A stretch of 64,000 nucleotides of DNA. It comes from an uncultured virus (IMG/VR IMGVR_UViG_3300032156_000006) (lineage: Duplodnaviria > Heunggongvirae > Uroviricota > Caudoviricetes). Made by a program: the position numbers and the translations under genes. Shown here in pieces: positions 9,982 through 20,039 of this stretch (within the stretch, counting starts at the first letter, position 1; every line of letters begins with the position of its first letter). Location: the IMG/VR virus record IMGVR_UViG_3300032156_000006. One strand, 5' to 3'. Under the pieces are notes generated by a model. It saw nothing but the letters and a program-made list of their open reading frames with translations. It did not search any database and had not been told where the DNA came from.

Positions 9982-11135
9982 AGATTCCTGCTCGTGAAGA
10001 CCACTGGCTTTAGCCAGTGGATGAAACGAGCCAATACCTTTAAAACCTCTTTTCCCATATTAACACCTATGCGATTGACTATCCGCTGCGGCATAGTTTT
10101 GCCGACGAAGCGCAAGCTCAAACTGCTTGACGCCGAATACCAAAATCTTCAGCTTTTCCTTAAAGGCAAAAATGTTCCTCTCTACTCCGCCAATAAACAA
10201 CAGGCACTCCGCTTTTACCAGAAAATCAAAATGAAGGAATATCCTTTGAGTTTGCGAAACGACCTGATTGATGTGCAGAAGTCCAAGTCGTTCTATTTTC
10301 TGAAGGTTCCTATTCACGGCATTCGTGATGGCTTGCGTTTGCCTTTCAAGCCACATAGGAACATTCCTGAGAATGGAAAGCTCTGTGAAAGCAAGCTCTT
10401 CAAAAAGAACGGACGGTTCTTTGTCAATCTCACTTACGAAATTCCAACATCCCTTAGCACTCGTTTTTCTTCTGTCCTTGCCATAGATTTGGGTGAACGC
10501 ACCCCTGCAACTGCGGTGCTTTTGCAGGATGGTGCTGTAATGAAGCCCATGTTTCTTGGCAGGGAAATAAGAGGAATACGAAGGCACTATGCTTGGCTCA
10601 GGAAGAGATTGCAGGAAAAACATCTGCGAAAGGACGTAGAAAGGATTGGTAACGTTGAGAGCCGAAAAGTAAATGAAGTTCTCCACGGAATCAGCAAACG
10701 GATAGTCAACGCTGCTGCTTCTGCCAATTCCTGCATTGTCCTTGGCAGATTGCATAACATACGGAAATCCGCAAGAAAGAAGGGAAAACGATTCAATAGA
10801 ATTGTTTCCTCCATGCCTTTCTATAAACTGCAATCTATGATTCAATACAAAGCCGAAGCGTTGGGAATCCCGGTTGTCTTTACCCCTGAAGACATGACAA
10901 GCAAAACTTGCCATATCTGCGGGATGGAAGGAAAGCGAAGAACCCAAGGCTGCTTTGTTTGCTTCAGATGTGGGCAATACAACGCCGACCTCAATGGTGC
11001 TATTAACATAGGAAAGAGGCTTCTGCCCTATATGGACGGAAGCGGGGCTACTTGTGGACTCGCCCCTAACTGTGGAATGACGACCAATCATGGTTTAACC
11101 TCAGAAGCCACCGCCTTTAGGCGGTGGTAGTTCAC
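9982..11135 (+). mobile_element. IS200/IS605-family non-autonomous (tnpB-only) element 1
   Basis: Left-end (LE) hairpin ccactggc-ttta-gccagtgg 19 nt after TTAT; right-end (RE) hairpin ccaccgcc-ttta-ggcggtgg followed by tagtTCAC. Confidence 0.85.
10069..11130 (+). CDS. tnpB: TnpB RNA-guided nuclease (RuvC-II Glu replaced by Gly)
   Basis: LAIDLG, IVLGRL, TSKTCHICG/CFRCG zinc finger, NADLNGA. Confidence 0.9.
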   Translation: MRLTIRCGIVLPTKRKLKLLDAEYQNLQLFLKGKNVPLYSANKQQALRFYQKIKMKEYPLSLRNDLIDVQKSKSFYFLKVPIHGIRDGLRLPFKPHRNIPENGKLCESKLFKKNGRFFVNLTYEIPTSLSTRFSSVLAIDLGERTPATAVLLQDGAVMKPMFLGREIRGIRRHYAWLRKRLQEKHLRKDVERIGNVESRKVNEVLHGISKRIVNAAASANSCIVLGRLHNIRKSARKKGKRFNRIVSSMPFYKLQSMIQYKAEALGIPVVFTPEDMTSKTCHICGMEGKRRTQGCFVCFRCGQYNADLNGAINIGKRLLPYMDGSGATCGLAPNCGMTTNHGLTSEATAFRRW

Positions 11136-11344
11136 GTTTTCCATAAATTATTATATCTTGCACATGTATTACCATTATACCAAGTTACCATCGTGATAAT
11201 CAATCCCATACCAAAAGCTAGCCAGCCATATGTAGAAAACAGCCACAGCATACTCCATAACCACACAACACAAAAAGAGGCTACAGCAAATCGCAACATA
11301 TTAATCACATTTTGATTGCCTGGCTTCACATTTACATAAGACAT
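11132..11344 (-). CDS. small membrane protein
   Basis: Two hydrophobic segments; stop codon supplied by the IS right end. Confidence 0.5.
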   Translation of the reverse strand: MSYVNVKPGNQNVINMLRFAVASFCVVWLWSMLWLFSTYGWLAFGMGLIITMVTWYNGNTCARYNNLWKT

Positions 11345-11552
11345 TCAAATCACTTCAACCTTTTTTTCCGCAAGCACCTTTTCTGCATCCTCTTTCAACT
11401 GTTTCATTTCCTCCATCATAACGTGCTGTATGTTCACATTGATTTTTGCAATAGCGCGATACACGCTTTCAACTTCTTCCTGGTGCGCTTCGTAATAGCG
11501 CACAAAGGTTTTCATGCTCTCATATTCTTCTATCGACATGTGTGCCATAATT

Positions 11553-12149
11553 TCAACCCTCCTTTTTCTGTTTTGTATATCCTTCTATCTCTGCGTATTC
11601 GAATATACACTCTTCCACGTATTTTCTGTTTGCCACTTTCTCTTCAAAACTCGTAAACTGGGTTTCGTTTGAAAGAATGAAATCAATCTCGTTCATGATA
11701 TGCTCCTTTGTTCTCATTCTGCCTTTAAGCGGCAACTCCCCTGTCTCTGGAGTATCGCTTCCGCGCAGAGCGGTTGCACTCGTCACAGGATTAACATTGC
11801 CTTTGCCTAGCGAGTTTTCATTTATTTCTTTATCCGGATTCTTGTTCGGATGCCTCGATTCAATAGCTCCGACCAATGGACTAAGGTCATATGCTGCAGT
11901 TTTCTTAATTTTTCTCAAAATAACATCCCACTCCCACTCACCTTCGCAGCCATTTCCCCATTGTCCGTTTCCCATTTCTTTGAGAAAGTCATAAAGTTTT
12001 TCTAGTGAATCAAACTCAATGGAAATTTTCATGCTCAGTGTAGGTTCGAGTGGATATTTTTTACAGCTACAGTACACCAAACCTTCTATAGAGGTATCCA
12101 ACTCGTGTGTCCTGAACTTTATTTCGGTTTTTTCTTCCATGTTTATCAT
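11553..12149 (-). CDS. hypothetical protein
   Basis: 198-aa ORF in a tightly packed minus-strand early block. Confidence 0.5.
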   Translation of the reverse strand: MINMEEKTEIKFRTHELDTSIEGLVYCSCKKYPLEPTLSMKISIEFDSLEKLYDFLKEMGNGQWGNGCEGEWEWDVILRKIKKTAAYDLSPLVGAIESRHPNKNPDKEINENSLGKGNVNPVTSATALRGSDTPETGELPLKGRMRTKEHIMNEIDFILSNETQFTSFEEKVANRKYVEECIFEYAEIEGYTKQKKEG

Positions 12150-13415
12150 TCCTCTTTTTTCATCTGTTTGCTCGCAAATATTTGATAAATTGTCGGAAGT
12201 GCGTTTTCATTCTGGTAGCTCACTCGCAGTTCAAGGCAATCCACATGAAAGCAATCAGCTTCCATTATATGTCCTTCTTCCGTCCCGTCTATTCCAATCA
12301 AAACGCCCGGTTTGTTTTCGTTTGTGCCACATATTGGGCACACCTTATTTTCTGGGAATTTCTCAAATACTCTCATCTTTTCAGTCCTCCAAGAATATCC
12401 AAATTGAACTTTACCGCGTCATCTTCCAGGAGTTTGTCTACCTCCTTGAGATGCCGCTCATTTACGGTTTTTCCCTTTAGTTTCGGCTCCGGCCAATTAC
12501 AATTGCACCCTTTAACTGCGCAAGTTGCCGCGCGGGCATCTTCCTCGTAGTTTTCCCTTCTATGCTCCCACCAGCCAACATACTTACATCCAAATTCAGG
12601 AGTTTTCCAAATCACAGCATGACCACAATACCTGCAAGTCTGAGGTTTTTCATGGATGTACATGGTTTCAATCCTCTTTCGCAATCAAATCAATCTCGGT
12701 TATTTCACCCAGTTTGCATGCGTCATCATCTCTCTTTTTCAAGAGTGCTTCTTTGATTGCTGACACAACATCTTTTGCATTTACAACTACTATACTCAGA
12801 TAGGATCCGAACTTCACACGCCACAGTTTTGCTTTGGTCATACGGTTTCACCTCACATTTTCATCCTCACCTAATTTTTTTTCTTCTTTTCTTTCGCTCC
12901 CATATTTTATGCAAGCAATTATAGCAAGTATCATGACCCTTCAATGAAGGAACATTCGATATTCTAGTTTCGCAGCCTTTCTTTTTGCATTTTCTAGATC
13001 CTAAAGACTCAAACGTGCATGACTGGTACTTTTGAACAGATTTCTTCAATTTTTTCCGTTTCGTGCGCATCTTTACCATCCGATTTTTCTCCTTAATAAT
13101 TTTGAAATGACTATGTAAAATGGAAGCAAATACCATCCTGCAGCATTTCGCAGAACGTCATACCAAGACATGTTATTTATCTCTGCCGCAAATGCTGATA
13201 CTTTGTTATATCCGAATATATTTACCCTGAAACTGAAACACTCGGTATCCTCATTTTCCTTAATCGCGCTTCCCAGAACGGTTACTTTTTTATTCTCAAT
13301 TCCCATCAAATCACCTCATATTGTTTTTTCAACCTCATACCCACAATCGTTGCAGTGCGCAATGTAGGTAGGAGGATGATAAACCAGAGTTGCTTCCTCT
13401 TCTGTTTTTTTCCAT

Positions 13416-14755
13416 AAAATCACCGCAAGGGGACTACTGGCTTTAGCCAGTAGAGGAATTGCGGTCTTGCCGTATTCCTTATAAATCCTTGCGAATATAA
13501 GTCAGTTGGTATCTCTGTGAAGCGTTCAGTGACGTTGAATATCTGCCCCACTGTCTTGAAAGCATCAAGGCTTGAGGAGTTTTCCAAGTCCTCAGTTGAA
13601 CTGGCAAACCTCTTGCTTTCAAAGAGGCAAAGTCGTGGAATGATGGAATTGTATCGCAACGAATATTCATCCTGCAAGAAAAACACCTCGTTTCAGAACT
13701 GTGTCATTTTGGATATTCTGCGTCAGGTTGCCCGAAAGCCAGAAAGCTGCAAGGCAGTCTCCAACATCACTGTCAAATTCAACGCTGGAAAGAGCTATGC
13801 CAAATTCTTCAAAACTAAATCGCTTGAGTTTGTTGAGCTTGCCCTTTATCCCAAAGGCAGGCTTGCAGTCCCTATCAAAAAGGACAGGAGCTATCAAAGA
13901 TTTCAAACTCTCATTCTTGGAGGCTGGCAATGCACAACTGTTGGATATTCTACACAGGGGCATCTGGTCGCCTATTTGAACAAGGAAGACGTTATCCTCC
14001 AACCTCGCAAAAACCTTCTCGGAGTTGATGTGAATAGTAAGTGCTTTGCAGTTTCCGTTCTTACTCCTGATGGAAAAGTCCTGCATCAATCCTACCTCGG
14101 AAAAGACATCTGGCATAAGAGAAAGAAGATTATGGCAAGACGTTCCAAGCTCTGCTCGCTTGCCGATAAAGGAGATGGCAAAGCTGCCAAATATCTTGCT
14201 CGCCTCAAATACCGTGAAAACTGTTTTATCAAGAACAGGTTGGGTGAGATAGTGCGTGACATCACCAATCTTGCACTCAAGTTTGATGCAGACATTTCTA
14301 TTGAGAAGCTCAGACGGTTCAGCCGTAAAAGCAAGAGCTTCAACAGGCAGGTATTCAGGATTCCTTTTTGCAAATTCAAAGAGATATTGCAAAGTCGTTG
14401 TTTTGACAAGGGAATTATCTTGGATGTAATCAATCCCTACCACACCTCTAAATGGTGTAGCCACTGCGGTGCTGTGGCAAAGGTAGGGCATTGCTCTTCC
14501 AATTATTCCCTGTTCAAATGCAGTGAATGTGGGCAAGTGGTCAACTCCGATAGAAAGGCGAGTTTGGCTGTCGTCCTCAAATCCCTGCTGTCGCGGATGA
14601 AGCACAGAGATACCAATCTTGTTTCGTTCCAGCTTGGCAGTAGGCGAGTGCCAGTAAACGCACTCTTTTGTCCGAATGAAGGATTTGGTGTCAGTGCCGT
14701 GCATGATACATCAACTCTTACGGAAAGCCACCGTCTTTAGACGGTGGTAGTTTAC
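13416..14755 (+). mobile_element. IS200/IS605-family tnpB-only element 2
   Basis: LE hairpin ctactggc-ttta-gccagtag after CCAT; RE hairpin ccaccgtc-ttta-gacggtgg then tagtTTAC; excision restores the host ORF. Confidence 0.88.
13517..14740 (+). CDS. tnpB: TnpB nuclease
   Basis: LGVDVN, ISIEKL, TSKWCSHCG/CSECG, NSDRKAS. Confidence 0.9.
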   Translation: MKRSVTLNICPTVLKASRLEEFSKSSVELANLLLSKRQSRGMMELYRNEYSSCKKNTSFQNCVILDILRQVARKPESCKAVSNITVKFNAGKSYAKFFKTKSLEFVELALYPKGRLAVPIKKDRSYQRFQTLILGGWQCTTVGYSTQGHLVAYLNKEDVILQPRKNLLGVDVNSKCFAVSVLTPDGKVLHQSYLGKDIWHKRKKIMARRSKLCSLADKGDGKAAKYLARLKYRENCFIKNRLGEIVRDITNLALKFDADISIEKLRRFSRKSKSFNRQVFRIPFCKFKEILQSRCFDKGIILDVINPYHTSKWCSHCGAVAKVGHCSSNYSLFKCSECGQVVNSDRKASLAVVLKSLLSRMKHRDTNLVSFQLGSRRVPVNALFCPNEGFGVSAVHDTSTLTESHRL

Positions 14756-15328
14756 TCATCCATAGACAATCGCATAGGTTTTGCTTTTGGATACTGAATA
14801 GACTCCTCACTGACCTTAACGTTCTTGCTTTTGCACTTCGGGCAATAAAGTTCATATACCATATTCACCACCTCTTTACAATCCATAGCATCAAGTTCTT
14901 TCCCACAGCAACAGTTTGTATAATCCATATTTATCCCTTCGCTTTTTTATTTCCCCCTCAACACTAATTCCCTTTTCACCTGCAGGGTATCCAATAAAAA
15001 TTCCCCGCTAAGAAACGCCTCGCGGGGATAGTCATTTGGGCGCGGCTTGACAGACAGAGCCTGGGAAATCGCATGGCACAAGTCCAAGGTCCTTGACAGG
15101 CCAAACTCGAAGTCCGTCTTGTCGTTCTTGATGCAGCGCTTGAAGAATTCGACGAAATCACAAGCATCCTGGAGATTTTGGCGCTTGCATTCGTGCGTTT
15201 GTGCAAGCGCACGATAGTTGCGGATGGCAACTCTGAAGAGTTGCAATAATTGGATTTGCACCCTTACCGGAATAGAAACCGTGATTTTTTTGTCCCTGTC
15301 GATAGATTCTTTTTTCATATGTATCATC

Positions 15329-15571
15329 TTATCCTTTTCTCCTTTCTTTGCATGCTAACTGCCTCCTTTTTTCTTGGCAAATCACTACCCCAACATGATT
15401 TTTAGTTTTACCAAGAATTTTTGCTATATCTTTTGGCTTAAATCCAAATTTATGCAAAAATTTTATTTGCTCAGAGATGCATATTCCCATGTCATCTAAC
15501 ATGCGTTTGGCATATAGTTTGATGATAATATCCAACCTCTTACAAATTTCTTTTTGTTGCCGCTCATTCAT
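15329..15571 (-). CDS. HTH DNA-binding protein
   Basis: GFKPKDIAKILGKTKNHVGV helix-turn-helix pattern. Confidence 0.6.
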   Translation of the reverse strand: MNERQQKEICKRLDIIIKLYAKRMLDDMGICISEQIKFLHKFGFKPKDIAKILGKTKNHVGVVICQEKRRQLACKERRKG

Positions 15572-15870
15572 TTTTTTACCTCGTCTTCACCATTTTCCTC
15601 AGTGCTTCCTTATGGCAAAATGCTTCTTCGCGGACGCGCTCAAGCAAATTTCTATCCCTCCAATAGCCTGCATTATACCTTTTTGCGTGGCAGACTTCGT
15701 GGTTTACGACATAACTCCATAGGGGCTGGCGCAGATTCACATCCACATACGCAACCGATCCTATTTGCCAGCCGGGGCCACATAGTCCACTTGCGGACTG
15801 GAAAAAGGATACGTTGACGCCTTGGAGCATGAAAGACCATATTATGATAGTTGTGCATTCAAACATCCTT

Positions 15871-16500
15871 TCACTCCTTTTTTCCCGCATCTATGGAGAT
15901 TACCGCCGGATTTATCGTGCCCTCTTCCTCACCAGTCCCGCCGCAATCTTTGTTGTACTCTTTCTTCACACGCTTGGCATTCTCCTTATTTTTAGCCGTT
16001 GAAAATCCAATATGAAACGCCAAGCCCCAGGTATTTCCGCTGTGGCATTTGTTCATATGCCCATTAATATACGCAAAGTCTTTGCCCTGGTCAATCATTT
16101 CGGCAACCTTCCCGCCCTCTTCAATCGTGAACTTTGCATGGCGGTCAGCCGCATCTTCGCTTTCAGCAAGGCTGCCAAAATCATTGCCTCTTCTCCAAAC
16201 AGTATGCCATTCTTTGGCATGCCAAACATCAAGTTGAAGCGGCTGAGGACAGCCATGGAAAGCAAGATACAAAGGCCTTGTCTCCAAAAGCACTTTCTTC
16301 CAGTCCTCATCCCTAAATAAATCTTTTACCAGCGCACCAGCGAAAATACGCCCACTTTCAGCAGAACCATTTTCTTCATAAATCTCAGCAATCTCCAAGC
16401 GCCCGTCTTCATGCTCGCTGTCCTTGACCAGCTTGCAAGTGGCTTCCCACACGTCAATATCTATCGGTTCTGGTTTGCACGGTTTCATCTTCATCTTCAT
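15871..16500 (-). CDS. hypothetical protein, first gene of leftward early block
   Basis: 209-aa ORF with a TATA-like tttataag ~25 nt upstream (leaderless arrangement). Confidence 0.55.
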   Translation of the reverse strand: MKMKMKPCKPEPIDIDVWEATCKLVKDSEHEDGRLEIAEIYEENGSAESGRIFAGALVKDLFRDEDWKKVLLETRPLYLAFHGCPQPLQLDVWHAKEWHTVWRRGNDFGSLAESEDAADRHAKFTIEEGGKVAEMIDQGKDFAYINGHMNKCHSGNTWGLAFHIGFSTAKNKENAKRVKKEYNKDCGGTGEEEGTINPAVISIDAGKKE

Positions 16501-16519
16501 ATGTTGTAAGTGGTTATGA

Positions 16520-16600
16520 AAGCTTATAAATACACCAAATACTGTGGTAGAGAATGCGACACCCGGTAGTATATATAAAGAATATAAATAGTAAGATTAT
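16520..16600. promoter_or_regulatory. divergent archaeal TATA promoters at the strand switch
   Basis: cttataaata, tatatataaag and tataaata boxes between oppositely oriented gene blocks. Confidence 0.5.
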
Positions 16601-16894
16601 AACCACGGTCGTGGACAAACAGGTGAGTAAATGAACAGAAAGATTATGATAAGCATAGACGAAAAAACAATACTTCTAATAATCAAATTCGTACTCGTCT
16701 TTCTGTTCGGAATCGTCATTGGCATTGGATTGTTCAGTATAATCTATATTTTGGCAAGGTGATTTCCATGAAAATAGTAATAGGAAAAGAAACAGAAATC
16801 TACAGGCTCAGCAGAAGCCCGTATTTCAAAGCCCGCCCGGGCGGCAGGCCCTCACTAGGCTTCGAGCTCTGCTTAGAAAGAATCTGCTAAATTA

Positions 16895-16973
16895 CGTCTG
16901 CGTAAGCGTGAGCAGGGGATCAAATCCCTAGCAGACGCCTTCAATCAGCTTGACAAAAAAATGAGCTGATTGG
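16895..16973 (+). promoter_or_regulatory. structured leader motif, copy 1 (junction module + GACAAAAAAAT-loop hairpin)
   Basis: cgtctgc/gcagacg and gggat/atccc stems; caatcagctt-GACAAAAAAAT-gagctgattg hairpin; stems covary with copy 2. Confidence 0.6.
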
Positions 16974-17294
16974 GAGTTGATGAAATGAAAACAAACGAAA
17001 GACTAGAGTATCTGGCCCACAGAACCGGCTATGACCGTGGCTTTGAAGCCGGCTATCGCCGAGCGCTTATGCACTTCGGTGAAACTCTCAATGATATGCG
17101 CAAATCAGATTGCGCAGAACTGAGAGACTACAAACTCGCGTTGTTTCAGATGAATACACGCCATGAAGAACTTGTGAGATTCATCAACAGAAACAAAGTA
17201 TCTGATATTCTTTTGAAAGAACTGAAACCAAGAGAAGAAGGAGCAGACGAGCACGCCACTGAAGGTCTTGCAAGCCTATTTGGATAAGTATAGC

Positions 17295-17373
17295 GTATCC
17301 GCTCAAGCGTGATGCATAGGATCAGATCCTTAGCGGATGCTTTGTCCAACCTGACAAAAAAATAGGTTGGACA
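17295..17373 (+). promoter_or_regulatory. structured leader motif, copy 2
   Basis: gtatccgct/agcggatgc and aggat/atcct stems; tgtccaacct-GACAAAAAAAT-aggttggaca hairpin. Confidence 0.6.
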
Positions 17374-18100
17374 GGAAGTGAGAAAATGGAAGTAAAGCAA
17401 AGCCTCGGCGCGAAAGCCGAGATAAAAAAAGATTGGTCTGGTGAGCTGTTCGACCTGCAAGCAAACCTGCAAGTCGCAGACAAGCGTGAACTAGACCAGC
17501 AACGCCAAATCGAGCGCCAGAAACAAAAAGAGGCGTTTGAAGCTATAAGAGCAACGAGGCGATGAAAATGGCATGGCAGAAATTCCTGGTGAAAGTCATC
17601 ACCTTGGGCATCGGATTGATTATCCTCATTGCGGCGCCTCAAGTCGGAATCGGCTTTCTGATTGGGAAGTTTGGTGAGCCACTTTGGGGATGGCTAAACG
17701 AACCCGAGCTGGTTGTCACCAAATCAGAAACTAAATCGCAGTCATAAACCGCGACAAAGAAATGCGGCATGACGGAGTGAGAAAATGGAAATGAATGAAA
17801 GACTAGAAGAAGCCTGCAAAAGGCTAAGCAAAACAGGAATAGTGGATGAAGACCTGTTGCCGAGGTATATCGACTTCAGGGATCCGCCGCCAGATCCTGA
17901 ACTTGTTGCGCGCTTGGAGAGAAGCAGCAAGCACTCTCCGATTTACGAGGTAGTGCGCAACAAGCACGGAGAGATTCTCCAAACAATAATAGTGCCCGCG
18001 AAACTAGCAAGGCGCGAGCCTATTATCATGAATAGAAAGATATAAAAACTATAACATCTATAGTTTTTATATGCCTTGATAAAAAAATGAGGTGGAATAT

Positions 18101-18520
18101 ATGAACGAAGTAAAAGAAACAGAAGGATATGTAAGTTGGATGCGAGGACGCGCTATCAAAGCAAAAGGACAGGAAGTAATCGTAACCGACTTTGAAATAA
18201 ACAAAATAGTAATTGGCACATTCAAGCCCGGCACGATGCAAGTCGGCGACTACGTAAAAGTGGAATACACACAAAACGGCCAGTACAACAACGCGCAGAA
18301 AATTCTAATCCTAGGAAACGCTGCTCCGGGCCAGACAAAGCTTACCGGGCAAAAAGAAGCACCCAAAACCGCAGCGCCAGTGCCAGTTGGCACAAATGAA
18401 GCCATGTCGTTCTGGACAAGCGTGAAGATCGCGGCAATTGCAATGAACGCGAAGGTTTCTGTGTCAGAACTGCTTAAATACGCTGAAGAAATAAGGAAAT
18501 CAGCGCCGGGAAACAGGTGA
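18101..18520 (+). CDS. putative OB-fold ssDNA-binding protein
   Basis: GDYVKVEYTQNGQYNN motif; paralog of 48993-49412 (GDEVTVRFRINGNYKN). Confidence 0.5.
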   Translation: MNEVKETEGYVSWMRGRAIKAKGQEVIVTDFEINKIVIGTFKPGTMQVGDYVKVEYTQNGQYNNAQKILILGNAAPGQTKLTGQKEAPKTAAPVPVGTNEAMSFWTSVKIAAIAMNAKVSVSELLKYAEEIRKSAPGNR

Positions 18521-18524
18521 GAAA

Positions 18525-19100
18525 ATGAACAAAATAAAGATAGATAATATCGAAGAAAATGTCTTCTATCTTCAAAGCAAAGATTGGAAATGTGGCACCG
18601 AACACAAAGAAAACATCCGGTTGGCGCTGGTCTGTGAAATTATAGACATGTGCGAAGTAGATAAAGCATTCGACAAAGAATCTCATCCGTATTTCCTAAA
18701 CACAAACGTTGTGCCACATTTCAGCGAACTAAACAAAGAATTTTTGGCAGAAACTATCAAACCAGACAAAAACAAACTGCAGGGACTCGCCGCGGCAGAA
18801 ATGGCATATGCTTATTCCGGCGGAGTACCAGTAAGGATAACCGGAACATCAAATGCAGAGATTGACAAAAAGGTCAAGTTATACAACGCAAAAACCGCAG
18901 GTGGAAGCTACAAATTCGAAACATTTGAAAACGCTGAGAACTTTGTAAAAAGTACGGTTCCTGAAATTGCAATCTGCATTTTCGGTCTAATAGGCTTCTT
19001 CCTAGACAAGCCATGGAATCAACTAGGCAATGATGGATGGGATGTAATTAAACAGCAAACAGAAAACAAGGAAATACAAATGTTTGGCAAGGTGAAATAA
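18525..19100 (+). CDS. hypothetical protein
   Basis: 191-aa ORF with AGGTGA SD. Confidence 0.55.
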   Translation: MNKIKIDNIEENVFYLQSKDWKCGTEHKENIRLALVCEIIDMCEVDKAFDKESHPYFLNTNVVPHFSELNKEFLAETIKPDKNKLQGLAAAEMAYAYSGGVPVRITGTSNAEIDKKVKLYNAKTAGGSYKFETFENAENFVKSTVPEIAICIFGLIGFFLDKPWNQLGNDGWDVIKQQTENKEIQMFGKVK

Positions 19101-19430
19101 ATGTCAGTCGGAATACAAAAAGTCGAATACACAACCATCGCAGGTGGACAAGAGTTCGCCGAATGGATTGATGATAACTTTGAGGAAATAGACGGCAAAT
19201 CCGGTCATTTCTATATCTCACTCGAAGAGTTTAAACAAAAATGGTTAAAAACAAGCAACGAATTCATGGTGAGATTATGGTATATGTAGTCGAACAGCAA
19301 CCCAACTGCGTCCTGTTGTATTCCAGCACGCCCGCGAACCTGCGCAAGATGAACATCCCGCGCAAGCGCACATTTCGGGAAAGAGAGAATGCTGAAAAGT
19401 ATAAAGAAAGATTGGAGAAGGGGTGAGAAG

Positions 19431-20039
19431 ATGGAAAAACCACTAAAAGAATATGTCTTGCCAAATGGTGAGATTCTGAGAATTTATCCAGATGACGACC
19501 CGCAAAATCCTAGAGAAAATGATAACTTGGGTCACATGTTTTGTGGTCATAAAAACTACAATTTAGGTGATGAACAGTTCAAATACAGACAATTTGACAA
19601 CCGCAGCGACCTAGAGGAATATCTCAAAATAGAAAGAAAAGCAATAGCAATATTACCTCTGTATCTACTAGATCACAGCGGCTTATGGATGCGCACATGC
19701 CGGTTTGAATGTGATGCACAAGGATGGGACACAGGCTTTGTTGGTTTCATCTACTGCACAGAAGAAAACTTGAAGAAGATGGGAACAAAAAGAAAGGACG
19801 TTCAAGAACTCCTCGAAGCAGAAGTAAAAAAATACAGCCAATATCTAGAGGGAAACGTCTATGGCTTTGTTCTGGTAAAAGCCGAAAAATGTGCAGCATG
19901 CGGACATGTTAATGAAGAGATTATTGATTCGCGCGGAAACTTTTACGGCTCAGATCTCAAAACAAACGGGATGCTAGAACAGCTTTCAGATAAAGTAAAG
20001 GAGTTTATTATAGCAGAAAAAACAAAGGTGAATTTATGA
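19431..20039 (+). CDS. conserved mobile-element hypothetical protein
   Basis: DDDPQNPRE.DNLGHM and LPLYLLDHSGL motifs typical of phage/plasmid early genes. Confidence 0.55.
   Translation: MEKPLKEYVLPNGEILRIYPDDDPQNPRENDNLGHMFCGHKNYNLGDEQFKYRQFDNRSDLEEYLKIERKAIAILPLYLLDHSGLWMRTCRFECDAQGWDTGFVGFIYCTEENLKKMGTKRKDVQELLEAEVKKYSQYLEGNVYGFVLVKAEKCAACGHVNEEIIDSRGNFYGSDLKTNGMLEQLSDKVKEFIIAEKTKVNL

Larger units (their letters stand above)
13316..14862 (-). pseudogene. zinc-ribbon gene split by IS element 2
   Basis: Removing 13416-14755 gives in-frame MVYELYCPKC...SMDEWKKTEEE...HCNDCGYEVEKTI*. Confidence 0.75.

Noticed and set aside
10060..11091. Long antisense ORF opposite tnpB (likewise 13667-14704 and 26358-27299)
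   Set aside because: Shadow frames with no motifs or ribosome-binding site.
15284..15294. Reverse-strand GACAAAAAAAT matching the early hairpin loop
   Set aside because: Lies inside a coding region and has no flanking stem.
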